From the NCBI GenBank assembly GCA_030448185.1, contig JAUJNL010000002.1:26925-90924 (forward strand): a DNA stretch of 64,000 bases, given 5' to 3'. Of the stretch, positions 42,662 to 54,051 are shown piece by piece (within the stretch, counting starts at the first letter, position 1; every line of letters starts with the position of its first letter). A model generated the notes under the pieces. That model was not told the origin of the DNA. It saw nothing but the letters and a program-made list of their open reading frames with translations, and ran no database searches. The DNA is from Cytophagales bacterium. Lineage in GTDB: Bacteria > Bacteroidota > Bacteroidia > Cytophagales > 172606-1. The position numbers and the translations under genes are program-made.

Positions 42662-45199
42662 TCATAAACAACTTATTGGTGCCGTACCAGAATCCCTTCG
42701 TGGAAGTTTGCATTGTCCGTCATCAGAATGACGTGTCCGCTGCCGAATAGAATTGACTACAATAGAAGCAGAATTAGCCAGTTTCCGCAGGTTAGGCTTG
42801 GAAATATAGCCGCTTAGTAAAGGACTGGCCGTATACCGGGCCGGAGTAACGTAGGGATTTTGCGGTATTTCCAGGAAAATAGTATTATCCCGGAAAGTAG
42901 GAATGAGTTCGTCTTTGTACCCATAGGCCATCGGGTGAGAACGGTCAAGCTTCAGTTGGAAAATAGCCCCTACGATATCCTGGGCCCGGGTATTTTCCTC
43001 AAGGGTGGCATACGGAAGGGTGGCAGTCGTATCAGTTTGGCCCTTTTTCAGTTTTACATTCGCCAATCCCCGGGCAATAGACCACCCGATGGCGTCCGTC
43101 ATCGTAATAAGCGTACCGCCCTGCCCAATCCAACGTTTCATGTTGTCTACGGTAGTCTCATTCAGCGTACCGTAATTGCCTCCCACCATCACAATTACGT
43201 TATACTTCGAAAAATCAGTCCGGCCGGCTTGGGAGACATCCACCAGGACCGGAGGCATGCCATACCGTTGATCAAGCAGGTGCCAAACTTCACCAGCATC
43301 ATTGGGGTTTACTCCGGCGCCGACCAGCAGCATCAATTTGGGCTGCGTTAAAGGCGCAAAGTTGGCGCTTCCAAAATCAATGCCCGATGGCGTAAGGCCG
43401 GAACGCAGGGCGTATACGTCAAGTCCGTCCCGCTGGGCCAGGAGCTGCATTTGCGCCGGTAGTTCCTCTCCGTTCTTTGGCTGAATACCCGCCGGAACCA
43501 GGATGGTACCATAATCAAATGACTGACTTTTTCCCTCAATGTCAGCCGTGAAGGGTTTGGTCGCTACCCGGACTTTGTACCCCTTACCCAACAATTCAGT
43601 AACGGCTCGGGGTGCATAATAAGCATCCCAGGCAAACAAATAGGCATACGCCCCGGAAGGGGTACCGGTAACCTTACCGGGTGGCAAGACCGCGGGTTCC
43701 GCTTTTGCGCCTAATCCCGGAAGGGATTTTAATTCCGCATAAGGCATGTTCAAAGCCAAGGGTAGTGAAAAAGCCGATATATCATAAAAAAGACTGTCTT
43801 CGAAAGTAGTCCGCTTTTCAAACATGGCCTTGATGATCCGGTGCTGTTGCTGACCGGCAGGCACAACATAAGACCAGTCGGGCTCATAAGTCCGGCCTCC
43901 GGCATTAATGGAGCCATTGGGCTTATATACCTCTACCTGTTGTTTCTGCAGAATCCGGAGCATTTCGGCGGTACGGGCTTTGTCTTCCCGGCTGCCAAAC
44001 ACGTAGGCTTTAATAGCGGCGCCGTTCCCTTCCCGCTGGGCATCGCGGTAAAAATCCCGCTGGTAGGTCAGCAGTTCGGTCCGCATGGCTCGGGCGGCGG
44101 CCAGCGTTGAAAGCATAGTCGTAAACTGGTTACGGATGGTGAACGGAAACCGGAGTACGCCGTTGGTGGTTTCCTGGGCGTGTCCCCGGGAACTGGCCTG
44201 CTCAAACAGAATGCCGATGGAGCCCTGTACATCGGGGAAGGTAGAGCCCTTACCGTAGTAAAAATCGTCGTAATTTTCTTCCGTAAAATACAGGGACCCT
44301 ATTTTGTCCAATGCCTTAGCATGGAAATTACCCATTTTTGCCGTTAGTTCCTGGTTCTTCTTAGGCGTTAGGGGATGCACCCGGGCCGGCACTCCCGGCT
44401 GAAAAAAGAAGGTCGCATTACTGCCTTGTTCGTGGTGGTCGGTAAGAATAGTGGGTTTCCACTCGTGAAATTTGGCCACCCGTCCCTGACTTTCGGGGTG
44501 CTGCAGGTAGAGCCAGTCGCGATTAAGGTCAAACCAATAGTGGTTGGTACGGCCACCGGGCCATACCTCGTTCAGTTCGCGGTTATTGGGGTCGGACACC
44601 GGCGTCTGGCTTTTGTGCACATTGACCCAACTGGCAAAGCGGTTAAGTCCGTCGGGGTTGAAGCTGGGGTCAAGCAAAATTACCGTTTCATTGAGCAGGG
44701 AATCCACTGCGGGGCTTTGGGCCGCGGCCAGGTAATAGGCCAGCAGGAGGGAGGCATTGGCGCCGCTGGGTTCATTGCCGTGTACGCTGCACCCGACCCA
44801 GACTACCAGCGGCATCCCGGACGTATTGAGCGAACCCGACTGAGCCGGAAAGGTCAGATTCCGGTGGTCTTCTTTAATTTTAGGCAAATTGCTCCGGTTT
44901 TGGGCCGAAGTGACGGTGAGCAGCATCAGAGGACGACCTTCGTAACTCCGGGCATATGGTTCAATTTCAATGCGGTCCGAAACCCGGTCCAGTTCCCGCA
45001 TGTAGCTTACCAGTAAGTCGTGGGAGACGTGCCATTCGCCTACCTGCCAGCCCAGAAAAGCTTGTGGGGTCGGGATTTCGGGATTGTATTTTACATCATC
45101 CGGCAGGTAGTAGGAGGTAGGAATCGGTTGGGCCGTTAGGGTAAGCGGCAGGGTGAATATCAGAGGTAAGAATACGGTTAATAAGCGGAGTAGGTGCAT
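42662..45199 (-). CDS. M14-family zinc carboxypeptidase (large, secreted). C-terminal end frame-broken; true stop uncertain.
   Basis: 845-aa ORF. Signal MHLLRLLTVFLPLIFTLPLTLTAQ. Zinc motif HGNEPSG in VWVGCSVHGNEPSGANASLLL. The conserved tail ...GSGHVILMTDNANF then GFWYGTNKLFMNAVFFG appears in two other frames (ORF 42465-42713). This implies at least 2 indels near 42700-42745. Confidence 0.8.
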   Translation of the reverse strand: MHLLRLLTVFLPLIFTLPLTLTAQPIPTSYYLPDDVKYNPEIPTPQAFLGWQVGEWHVSHDLLVSYMRELDRVSDRIEIEPYARSYEGRPLMLLTVTSAQNRSNLPKIKEDHRNLTFPAQSGSLNTSGMPLVVWVGCSVHGNEPSGANASLLLAYYLAAAQSPAVDSLLNETVILLDPSFNPDGLNRFASWVNVHKSQTPVSDPNNRELNEVWPGGRTNHYWFDLNRDWLYLQHPESQGRVAKFHEWKPTILTDHHEQGSNATFFFQPGVPARVHPLTPKKNQELTAKMGNFHAKALDKIGSLYFTEENYDDFYYGKGSTFPDVQGSIGILFEQASSRGHAQETTNGVLRFPFTIRNQFTTMLSTLAAARAMRTELLTYQRDFYRDAQREGNGAAIKAYVFGSREDKARTAEMLRILQKQQVEVYKPNGSINAGGRTYEPDWSYVVPAGQQQHRIIKAMFEKRTTFEDSLFYDISAFSLPLALNMPYAELKSLPGLGAKAEPAVLPPGKVTGTPSGAYAYLFAWDAYYAPRAVTELLGKGYKVRVATKPFTADIEGKSQSFDYGTILVPAGIQPKNGEELPAQMQLLAQRDGLDVYALRSGLTPSGIDFGSANFAPLTQPKLMLLVGAGVNPNDAGEVWHLLDQRYGMPPVLVDVSQAGRTDFSKYNVIVMVGGNYGTLNETTVDNMKRWIGQGGTLITMTDAIGWSIARGLANVKLKKGQTDTTATLPYATLEENTRAQDIVGAIFQLKLDRSHPMAYGYKDELIPTFRDNTIFLEIPQNPYVTPARYTASPLLSGYISKPNLRKLANSASIVVNSIRQRTRHSDDGQCKLPRRDSGTAPISCL

Positions 45200-45396
45200 T
45201 CGTGGCGTAGGGTTTGGAAATCGGAAGTTAGAAAGGCCGCCGTAATTATCAAATGGAAGGCTTCCCTAATCCACAAATTGTTTGCTTATCGGCACAAGAT
45301 TAGTCTGCCGAGGTCTGATTCTGGTGTAATCCCCCGCCAGTATACATTGCATGCAGGGCACGATTACAAATACCTAACCTCGCAAAGAACCTGAAC

Positions 45397-46675
45397 TTAT
45401 TCTTCAGGACCCGCACGAAAAGGAAGGCATAAATGGAAGGTAGTGCCCCGGTTCGCGCGGCTCTCGACCTTGGATGTGGCCTTGCAGTTTCTCCACAATA
45501 TTTCTGACAATATAAAGCCCCAACCCACTTTAGAAGACGGCGTTTGTAAAACATTTCGAAGATATTCCCCTTTTCTTCCTCCCGGATCCCTACTCCATTA
45601 TCACTCAGCGTCAATAGCACTCCCGCGTCCCTATCCGTGATGCTGATGGAAACCTGCACTTGTTCATGTAGATTATACTGCATGCTGTTTACCAGCAATT
45701 CTTCCATAATCATCCCTGGCAGAACCTGATCCGACACAAAGTTCTGGTTGACAGTAATCGTACGCTGGACGTATACCGCTTTTTTTCTTCTGGTCCGGGC
45801 ATTGACTATGGCCCGGTCAATTACTGCATCCCAGTCAGTGAGGGTAAAATCAGAGGCGTCTTTAATGGATATGATTTTTATTAGATGCACCAGCGCATCG
45901 TCTAGTTTCTGCCCGTAGCCTGGGAAAGGTAAGGTAATGGTGAACATTTTCTATATTCATCTCACGGAGTGCCAGGTTAGTGATTCCCTGAAGGGTTTTA
46001 AGGGGATCTTAGCAACTCATGGGAAGCTTTGTAAATCAACCGGTTCCTGCCCGTTGTTCAACGATTAATTTTTCGTCTCTTTCCTTCAGTTCGGCCATTT
46101 TCTGTTCCAGTTCGGCGGTTCGCTGCTGGATCCTTTCTTCCAGGTGCTGTTTTTCTTTTTCCAGCTCTTTTTCTCATCTGGTTCAGTTCAAAAAATTAAC
46201 TACTTGCTGAGCTAACAGGATAAGCGCGTTTTTCTGGGCATCGTCCAGTTTCCGGGGTATTTGGTCTATTAATGCCAGTGAGCCGATTTTGAATCCTTTT
46301 TCATTGATCAGGGGCGCGCCGCAGTAATAACGCATATAAGGGCTACTGGTAACCATTGGGTTATTTCTGAACCGGTCATCGCCCAGGTATCCTCCACCTC
46401 AAATACTGAATTGCCCATGATCGTAAACTGGCAAAAAGAGACACTTTTTTCCGTCTCTCTTATGGTTAGTCCATAATAGATTTAAACCATTGCTGCTTCT
46501 GGTCAATGATGGTAATAAGCACAATAGGCAGACCGAAAAGATACTGGCAGTCAGTGTCGTTAATTCATCTAATTGTTCTTCATTAGGCGTATCCAGGATC
46601 TGGTAAGTCAGCAGTGACTTAAGTCGTTCTCTCTCATCAGGAGGCAAAAGGGATATGAGAAATTGAGTCAGCCAT
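45397..46675 (-). CDS. GAF-domain sensor histidine kinase, frame broken at least 4 times
   Basis: N-terminus (MADSISHIP)LPPDERERLKSLLTYQILDTPNEEQLDELTTL, typical of GAF-HK. GAF body in 46200-46650. Coiled coil at 46020-46200. HATPase_c boxes: LLVNSMQYN, LSDNGVGI, IFEMFYKR, then SGLGLYIVRNIVEKLQGHIQ and VESRANRGTTFHLCLPFRAGPEE-stop (45397) in shifted frames. Confidence 0.7.
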
Positions 46676-47097
46676 CAGTGGTTGTATTAAGAGCAAAGCA
46701 TGAGTATTTCAATTATTCGCGGCGGTAAAAAGAGTAAATGACTATCGCATCTGACAGACCAGTACTTTCAAAATGCGGTTAAGGAGTAAATGAACGGAAC
46801 AGGAGGATGCCGTTTACTTTTCCGCATCCGTCGCCATAAAGCCCAATGAGCTTGAAGAACTATTATCATGTAAAAAAAGCACACAAGCGTATAAAAAATG
46901 GGGCCGCCGTTGAAAAGACTGGAAAAGCTATTGCTGACCAGACTTTTGAAACCCAATCGCTTGCTGGGTATAGTCTACACCGCTTTAGGAGCAGAAGGTA
47001 ACAAAACAGGTACTTTCCGCAGGTTAGATTAAGGAAACAATATAGTATAATGTTTAAAAAACAATTTCATTCAGTAAAAAAAGAATAAATGCTGCCA

Positions 47098-48247
47098 TTA
47101 GCCCAGCCGGGCATAACGGTTGATCCAGCGCTGGGGTAGTTCGCCCCGCGTAGCGGATTCGTAATCCTGGTAGCTGCAAGGGACCACGGCCATCTTGCCG
47201 GGATGTCTTGGGTTGGGTACTTCCATCCACCACTTCTCCGAACGCTGGCTTTTGTAAAATATCAGTGAAACATCTGACCGTCTGGGAGAAAGGCACGGTG
47301 TAGCGGACATGGGTCGTTTCGTCCACCAGCGACTCGTGCTTGCGGTGGTAAAACCCCTCTATCAGGTACCAGATCATGGTTGCTACCATCTCGGCCGTCT
47401 GGCCGCGATGATCGTACAAGGGATTATACTCATAAAATCCGGCAGAGGAGAGCTTATCATTTATGCCGGCGTACCAGCACAACTGGCAGGCTTCCTCAGC
47501 AGCCAGCCCAAAGGCGTGGGCATTGGCATTACCCGGAGCATCGGTCATTTTAATGGCCGTAATATCAAACTAAGCATGTCTGCTTCCCGGATTACCGGCT
47601 CCACTTCCCGGAAATTGTCGCGGAGCTGGCCAAGCCGGTAGGCTTCAAAACCCAGCGTCTCCAGAGTAGCCAGGGCGTCGGGGGAGGTCAGGTAACGCTG
47701 GTAGGCCAGGTGGGTAAAGGTAGCCAGGTAATTGGAGTTCGTGCATGAGCACATCCAGCAGATGCCGTTCGTGTTCGGCAACGGTAGGCGTATTATCCAT
47801 ATCCAGCAGCGCATCTACGTTCAGCACCGAGACCGGGTCTCCCAAACTTTCGTAGGCCAGATACTGACCATACATCAGGTCGTGGAGCCGCCCACCAGCA
47901 CCGGAATCACCCCATGCTGCATGAGGGATTCGCATACTTCCCGGATCCGCAGATAGGTTTGTTGCAGATCAACCCGCAGCGCAGGTTGCCCAGATCGGCA
48001 ATCCGGCAGGAGGCTACCGGCTTTTTGAGGGCGTATAGCTTCTGACGGACTTCAGCGGGACCGATCTTGGTACCCTTATTGAATGAGTTCCTCTCTCTTC
48101 GGGAATACCGATGATGGCCAGATGCGACTTCTGCCACGCCGGCTGTTTCTCGCCATAGCAGTCGATGCAGTGAAACAGTGCATCCGGGGGCAAGGCGTCA
48201 ATGCTGGGCAGATCACTTAGCGGATCAAAGAAAAGAGCAATATTCAC
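47098..48247 (-). CDS. Arginase-family enzyme (formimidoylglutamase-like), frame broken at least 4 times
   Basis: Fragments 48014-48340 (ALFFDPLS...HLAIIGIPEE), 47907-48137, 47645-47935 (LVGGSHDLMYGQYLAY...LNVDALLDMD in neighbouring frames), 47545-47814, 47054-47548 (ITAIKMTDAPGNANAHAFGL...YEYNPLYD) and 47098-47310 (tail ...PCSYQDYESATRGELPQRWINRYARLG). Confidence 0.65.
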
Positions 48248-48528
48248 TATATGTAACGGAAGAGTTAAGGGGTAACCAAAGAGAGAAAGCTGTAAAAAGT
48301 ATTGTTTTTCAAATAATTCTGTAGGGTAACTCACCCACAAAAAAGGCTATTTATCCTGATTGACGATGTCCGATGTTCGATTGGCGATGTTCGATTGACG
48401 ATGGAAGAAGAACTATCCGGTTATTCGCCGAACTCCTAACGGCTCTGTCTGTGGGAAACAGATCTTTTAACTTATCTCATATTTCCTGCTTCATGCCTCA
48501 CTTAGACACTGTTTTAAAACCCCTATGG

Positions 48529-48648
48529 TCATCCCCCTACCCCCTTCGGCTAGACTCTTTCCAGCCGCACCAGGGGGACCAGTTGGGTTCAAAAGTCCCC
48601 CTTGCGGGAAGCGTTGTGCCAGAGCCGAAGGGGCAGGGGAGGGGATGA
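48529..48648. repeat. G/C-run-rich nested hairpin element
   Basis: The outer arms are TCATCCCCCTACCCCCTTCGGC (48529-48550) and GCCGAAGGGGCAGGGGAGGGGATGA (48624-48648). The inner hairpin pairs AGGGGGAC with GTCCCCCT (48572-48601). Confidence 0.75.
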
Positions 48649-48827
48649 TGGTTGAGATCCAAATACCTTTGTAAAACCGCTTCTTACCTGATATCGAACA
48701 TTGTCAAGCAACCATCAGGTATTTCCCGGTCGGTATCGCATAAAAAAAGCCCGGTCAGTAACCGGGCTCTTTCGCGCAAAACTATGGGAAACTTTTGTTA
48801 CAAAGTCCTGATGGTATAACAATCCTT

Positions 48828-49805
48828 TTATAACAATTGTTTCCAGGTTTGTTTGGCAATGCTATATTTTAAGGTACTTCGAAGGGCCTGCCACCAATAT
48901 TGGTTCATTTCGACCGCAAAGAAGGCTGCATATAACAATTGATGGCACAGCCTTGACATTGCGGCAGGCGGCCTTCCTGTTCGATCCAATATTTTACTTC
49001 GGCCGATTGAAAAACTTCATACAGGTTATCCCCAATAGGAATTGTTTTTAATCCCAAATGATAACAGGGCAGTACTAAGTGATTATCCGGAGAAATAACG
49101 ATGGTAGAACTGGCCGCCCGGCAGACTGGTTTTGCCGTATCGTTGCCCCCATTGCGTCGCAGCGTAATGAAGGCTTCATTCAAATACACATTTTTCTGCT
49201 TTCCCCACCAGCTTAAGGCGGTCAGAGAAGATTCGGAGAGTCCGCCACCCGTTTGCACGGCATTGTACTCAAACACCGGATTGAGGATCAGGACCAGATT
49301 GTCGGGTAGGCAAATATTCTTCCAGATCGTCTCAATGTGTCCGATATTGTGGTCAAATACGGTGAAGAGGATATCGGGCCTTTCGCCCAGGCTACGGGCC
49401 ACCCGGATGGACTCCAGCACCGAATCGTAGCAGGCCACCCCGCGCATGGCGTTATGTTCTTCCCGGATGGGAGAGTCAAGGGAGAAGTGGAGCATATCTA
49501 CTTTTCCCCCGTAACTTCTCGGCATATTTGGGATAGAGCAGGCCGTTGGTAGTCAGCGTAGTAATCAGTTTTTTTGATTTAGCCAAGGCCAATAACCCAT
49601 CTATTTGCCGGTGCAGGAGGGGTTCGCCGCCCGTGAAGTCAACTACCTTCACGCCCAGCCGTTTGAGATCCGTCAGATTCCGCTCCGCGTGGGCTATGGT
49701 AACATAAGGAGACGGACGTTCCCAGATATCGCAGAAACTGCAGGATGCGTTGCAGCGATAGGTCACGTAGTAGTTACACAGAACGGGATGATGAATCAGA
49801 CGCAT
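48828..49805 (-). CDS. Radical SAM protein with Cys-rich C-terminal (SPASM/twitch-like) region, 2 frame breaks
   Basis: ORF 49476-49805 reads MRLIHHPVLCNYYVTYRCNASCSFCDIWE (CxxxCxxC) ...FTGGEPLL. ORF 48905-49525 ends ...LPQCQGCAINCYMQP. The tail is restored as FFAVEMNQYWWQALRSTLKYSIAKQTWKQLL-stop at 48828 in a shifted frame. Confidence 0.7.
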
Positions 49806-49808
49806 GGA

Positions 49809-49944
49809 GGTTTCCGGTTTATAGTTGCTGGTTTATGGTTTCTAGTTTAATCCTTGCCCAACAGGGAGCAGACGTAGTTCGTGGACCGTTAAACCGGAAA
49901 CCAACAACTGGCAACCCTAAACCGGAAACCGTAAACCAACAACC
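49809..49944. repeat. Low-complexity imperfect hairpin (GGTTTCCGGTTTA / TAAACCGGAAACC-type arms)
   Basis: Left arm GGTTTCCGGTTTATAGTTGCTGGTTTATGGTTTC. Right arm AAACCGGAAACCAACAACTGGCAACCCTAAACCGGAAACCGTAAACCAACAACC. Confidence 0.75.
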
Positions 49945-49957
49945 TAACGAAGCCCCT

Positions 49958-51000
49958 CTATAAATCCATGATAAGCGGGTTTTTCTGGTAGTTATCATCA
50001 AACAGTAACGGCCAGTCTTTGCGCTTATAATAAGACCGGAGCCAGCTATCAGCATCGCCTACGTTCCAGGTGGTAATGCCGTGTTGCTGGGCCTTTGGTA
50101 CCAGTTGCCGGTAGGTCTTAACCACATACAGGAACTTCTGCCGCTGCTTTTCTTTCAGTTCATCCGTAAACTCTATGCTGGTACTACCACCCGGTTGATG
50201 GCAACGTCCAGTTCGGATATATGCACTTTCAAGCCGGTTTGGGCGCAGGCTTGTATGGTGTTGTAAATTCCGTCATTGGGGGTATTGAGATTAATGTGCA
50301 TCTGTAAGCCCAGTCCGTCAATGGGAATATTGCGTTTCTTAAAATCGGCCACCATATCCAGCATAGCTTTTAACTTGGCCGGGTTGGTTTCCTGACCAAA
50401 ATCATTATAGAACAGTAAAGCTTTGGGATCAGCGGCCCGGGCATACTGAAAACAGCGGGCTACGTAATCACGTCCCAAGTGCCGCCGCCAGATACTGCCG
50501 CCTTCTCCCGTGTTACGCAGCGTACCATTTGACAGAAAGGCTTCGTTCACCACGTCCCAGGAAGTTACTTTTCCCTGATAATAGCCCCTACTTTCCCAAT
50601 GTGATCTTTCAGCAACCCTTCCCAGGCCGCCGAGTCTCCAACAAAGTTGTTCACCCAGCCGGGTATTGCCTGATGCCAGACAAAGGTATGGCCGTGCATC
50701 CTTTCTTTTTCCATCCAGGGCAAACTGAACGATGTAATCAGCCCGTGACCAGTCATAAGTGTTCTGAGCCGGATGCACGTTATTCATTTTCAGCATGTTC
50801 TCAGCCGTAATTCCATCAAACTCCTTGCTTAATACCCTGCGGTAAGCAGTGTCGTTTCGAGGCGGGTAGGGTCAATAGCGGCTCCTACGGTGAAGGGGGC
50901 TTCTGATTGCAGGGTTACTTCCGCCGGTTTGGGGGAGCCGCTCGGGAAGGTCAATGAGGTGACAGCCCATCAGCAGAGGTAACAGTAAGAGTAATGACAT
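49958..51000 (-). CDS. Glycoside hydrolase family 10 endo-1,4-beta-xylanase (lipoprotein signal), frame broken at least 3 times
   Basis: Start MSLLLLLPLLMGC (ATG at 51000). ORF 50173-50796 has WDVVNEA (acid/base) and HISELDV (nucleophile). The tail ...TTWNVGDADSWLRSYYKRKDWPLLFDDNYQKNPLIMDL-stop (49958) was hand-translated. Confidence 0.8.
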
Positions 51001-51139
51001 GGAACGGGAGGTTAGCATAAGGGTTTGGTTAAAGGTTAGTACAGGAAAATAGCCGAAAAATTTGCATTATACAAGGCTATACCATGAATAATCCCAAAAG
51101 GGTAGCTAAAGTGTGAGGGTACGGCAAACGGCGGGATGC

Positions 51140-51177
51140 TAACAATAAAAGTTTGCCCCTCTGGGCAGGAGAGGGGC
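51140..51177 (-). terminator. Putative Rho-independent terminator after accD
   Basis: GCCCCTC (51155-51161) pairs with GAGGGGC (51171-51177). On the minus strand it is followed by AAACTTTTATTGTT. Confidence 0.45.
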
Positions 51178-51221
51178 GGTAGTGCCGTGCCGAAGCCGTT
51201 GTTTTATTTACTGTAGCATTT

Positions 51222-52046
51222 TCACCAGGTGGTCACCTTCATTTTCAGCTCTTTACGATCCACAATCAGGTCGAGGAAGCCATGTTCGAGCACAAATTCA
51301 GCACTCTGGAAATCTTTGGGCAGATCCTTACCAATAGTCTCACGAATGACTCTTGGACCGGCAAAACCAATCATGGCACCGGGTTCGGCAATGTTCAAGT
51401 CGCCCAGCATGGCGTACGAAGCCGTGACGCCTCCCGTAGTAGGGTCGGTCAGCAGGGAAATAAAAGGAATACCCGCTTGGTCCAGCAGGGATAGCTTGGC
51501 GGAAGTTTTAGCCATCTGCATCAGCGAGAAGCCGGCTTCCATCATCCGGGCGCCGCCGGTGCGGGAAATAACCAGCAGGGGAACGCGGTTGTGCAGGGCA
51601 AAATCAATGGCCCGACCAATTTTTCTCTACTACCGAACCCATCGAGCCCCCGATAAAATTAAAGTCCATCACGGCAACTGACAGCATCTGGTCATTTACT
51701 TTGCCATGCGCCGTCCGGACGGCATCCTTTAGCCGGGTTTTCTTCTGGGTAGCCGCAATTGGTCGGGATACGATTTGGTGTCTACGAATTTCAGCGGGTC
51801 CTGAGAAGTCATGTTTGCATCGGTCTCCGTAAACTCGTTGTTATCAAAGAGCAATTCAAAATACTCTTCGGAGCCGATCTTTTCGTGGTAGTTGCAGTGA
51901 ATGCAGGTGTATGCGTGGTTTTTGTGTTCGCGGGTGTGCATCACCTTCTTACATTCGGGACATTTATACCACAAACCATCCGGTGCTTCGCGCTTCAGTT
52001 CGGTTGGGGTAACAATATTTTTTTCTTTCCGGGTAAACCAAGACAT
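51222..52046 (-). CDS. accD: Acetyl-CoA carboxylase carboxyltransferase beta subunit, 2 frame breaks
   Basis: ORF 51729-52046 carries the Zn ribbon [26 protein letters not shown]. The middle, [44 protein letters not shown], is in another frame. ORF 51222-51545 reads [18 protein letters not shown]...[15 protein letters not shown]. The breaks are at short homopolymer runs. Confidence 0.85.
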
Positions 52047-52069
52047 AGTTTATGAAATGTTAATTGTTG

Positions 52070-52193
52070 AATGCGCAATGTTAAATGGTTATTGGGTATT
52101 AAGGTATTGGGTATCAGATAATAGTGTTGAACTGAATGACCTCTTTCTAATACCTAATAACCAGTACCTGATACCCATTTAACATTGAGCATT
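52070..52193. repeat. Long low-complexity imperfect hairpin between fbaB and accD
   Basis: The left arm is AATGCGCAATGTTAAATGGTTATTGGGTATTAAGGTATTGGGTATCAG. The reverse complement of the right arm is AATGCTCAATGTTAAATGGGTATCAGGTACTGGTTATTAGGTATTAG. The arms are about 45 nt. Confidence 0.8.
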
Positions 52194-52219
52194 TAAAATT
52201 TAGAATTTAACATTTGCCT

Positions 52220-53293
52220 TTAGGCTATTGTAATTTCCGGCGCCAGATATACGTCCTGAATGGCTTGTAAAATAGAGGCGCCTTCAGTCATCGGCCGCTG
52301 GAAGGCTTTGCGTCCCGAAATCAGTCCCGTTCCCCCGGCCCGTTTATTAATCACGGCCGTCCGGACGGCTTCCTTCAGGTCTGACTCTCCAGCCGAGGCG
52401 CCGCCGGAATTAATCAGGCCGGCCCGGCCCATGTAGCAGTTGGCTACCTGATAGCGGCACAGGTCAATGGGGTGATCAGAAGTCAATTGGGTATAGATCC
52501 GTTCGTCGGTTTTGCCGTAGCTGGAACCCGATATATTCAACGCCTTAAAGCCACCGTTAGTTTCCGGAAGCTTCTGCTTGATAATGTCGGCCTGAATAGT
52601 AACCCCCAGATGATTCGCTTGTCCGGTAAGGTCCGCCGAGAGGTGGTAGTCAATTCCTTCTTTCTTAAAGGCATTGTTACGGGTGTAGCACCAAAGGATG
52701 GTAGCCATCCCAAGCTGGTGGGCTTCTTCAAAGGCCCGGGCCACGTCCACAATCTGCCGGGATGATTCCTCCGAGCCAAAGTAAATCGTTGCGCCCACAG
52801 CTACCGCCCCCAGATTCCAGGCCTCCCGTACGGAGCCAAACATAATCTGGTCGTATTTATTCGGGTAGGTTAGTAGTTCGTTGTGGTTTATTTTGACGAT
52901 GAACGGGATTTTATGCGCATATTTCCGGGAGGTCATGCCCAGCACGCCAAACGTAGTAGCTACGGCATTGCAACCGCCTTCAATGGCCAGTTTGACTATA
53001 TTTTCCGGATCAAAATAAATCGGGTTTTTGGCGAATGAGGCCCCGGCACTGTGTTCTATTCCCTGGTCGATGGGCAGAACAGACAGGTAACCCGTACCGG
53101 CCAGGCGGCCTGAGTTGAATAATTGTCCCAGACTGCGCAGTACTTGCGGGCTGCGGTTGGTGGAGTTCAGAACCGTATTTATAAAATCGGGGGAAGGTAA
53201 GTGCAACTGGTCCTTCGAGATCGTCTTACAGGTATGGCCAAGCAGGGAATCCTGGTCATTGCCCAACAGGTCAGTAATTTTCTGATAGGACAT
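52220..53293 (-). CDS. fbaB: Class I fructose-bisphosphate aldolase (FbaB/DeoC-LacD type)
   Basis: 357 aa, intact. [37 protein letters not shown]...[17 protein letters not shown]...PFIVKINHN resembles E. coli FbaB. Confidence 0.85.
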   Translation of the reverse strand: MSYQKITDLLGNDQDSLLGHTCKTISKDQLHLPSPDFINTVLNSTNRSPQVLRSLGQLFNSGRLAGTGYLSVLPIDQGIEHSAGASFAKNPIYFDPENIVKLAIEGGCNAVATTFGVLGMTSRKYAHKIPFIVKINHNELLTYPNKYDQIMFGSVREAWNLGAVAVGATIYFGSEESSRQIVDVARAFEEAHQLGMATILWCYTRNNAFKKEGIDYHLSADLTGQANHLGVTIQADIIKQKLPETNGGFKALNISGSSYGKTDERIYTQLTSDHPIDLCRYQVANCYMGRAGLINSGGASAGESDLKEAVRTAVINKRAGGTGLISGRKAFQRPMTEGASILQAIQDVYLAPEITIA

Positions 53294-53533
53294 GGTAAGT
53301 CAGTTTGGTAAAAGTATAAGGCCAAAGTTATTTATTATTTACGGATTGTCTAATGCCGGTAATGAGGTGTGGGATAACTTTAACTTTGACCAAGTTCCTC
53401 CTGTTCAGGGCAGGCAGAAAGCAGCAATAGATCAGCCATGAGAATTTGTTTTTCTTTTGCCCTTCTATTCCGGCGAAAACCTTAGTAAAATTGCAGCTTA
53501 GCATGTACCACCAAACCTTTATCATTTTTATCT

Positions 53534-54025
53534 ATGCCTGCCTGGTTTTTATGTAAAATCCGTTACCGGAAAGAGGCCGAAAACGGCAAACAAATCACCA
53601 TCAACGAATCGTATCTGGTTGATTCAGTTTCGTTTACCGATGCCGAAGCCCGAATCTATAAGGAATTGGAAAGTATCATCAAGGACTTTACGCTGACCAG
53701 TGTAAGCCAGATGAAAGTAGCCGACGTGTTTCACTACGAGGACGCCGAAATCTGGTTTAAGTGCAAGGTGCAGTATGTTTCCCTGGATGAAAAGAGCGGT
53801 AAGGAGAAGAAAATCCAGAATATCATGCTGATTACGGCCGAAAACGTAAAACAGGCCTATGAACGGATTGAAGAAAGCCTGAAAACCATGCTGGTACCGT
53901 TTGATATTACGGATATCAATACCACAAATATCGTTGAAATTTTCCCGTATTACGCTGACGAACCTGAAATTCCCGCTAATTTCCGTCCACTCAGTGAAGT
54001 AAAGGAAGAAGCCGAAGTGGAGTAA
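53534..54025 (+). CDS. DUF4494 domain protein
   Basis: 163 aa. MPAWFLCKIRYRKEAENGKQITINESYLVDSVSFTDAEARIYKEL matches my memory of the Bacteroidota DUF4494 N-terminus. Confidence 0.65.
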   Translation: MPAWFLCKIRYRKEAENGKQITINESYLVDSVSFTDAEARIYKELESIIKDFTLTSVSQMKVADVFHYEDAEIWFKCKVQYVSLDEKSGKEKKIQNIMLITAENVKQAYERIEESLKTMLVPFDITDINTTNIVEIFPYYADEPEIPANFRPLSEVKEEAEVE

Positions 54026-54051
54026 ACGGGCATTGGCGCTGCCATTAGATG

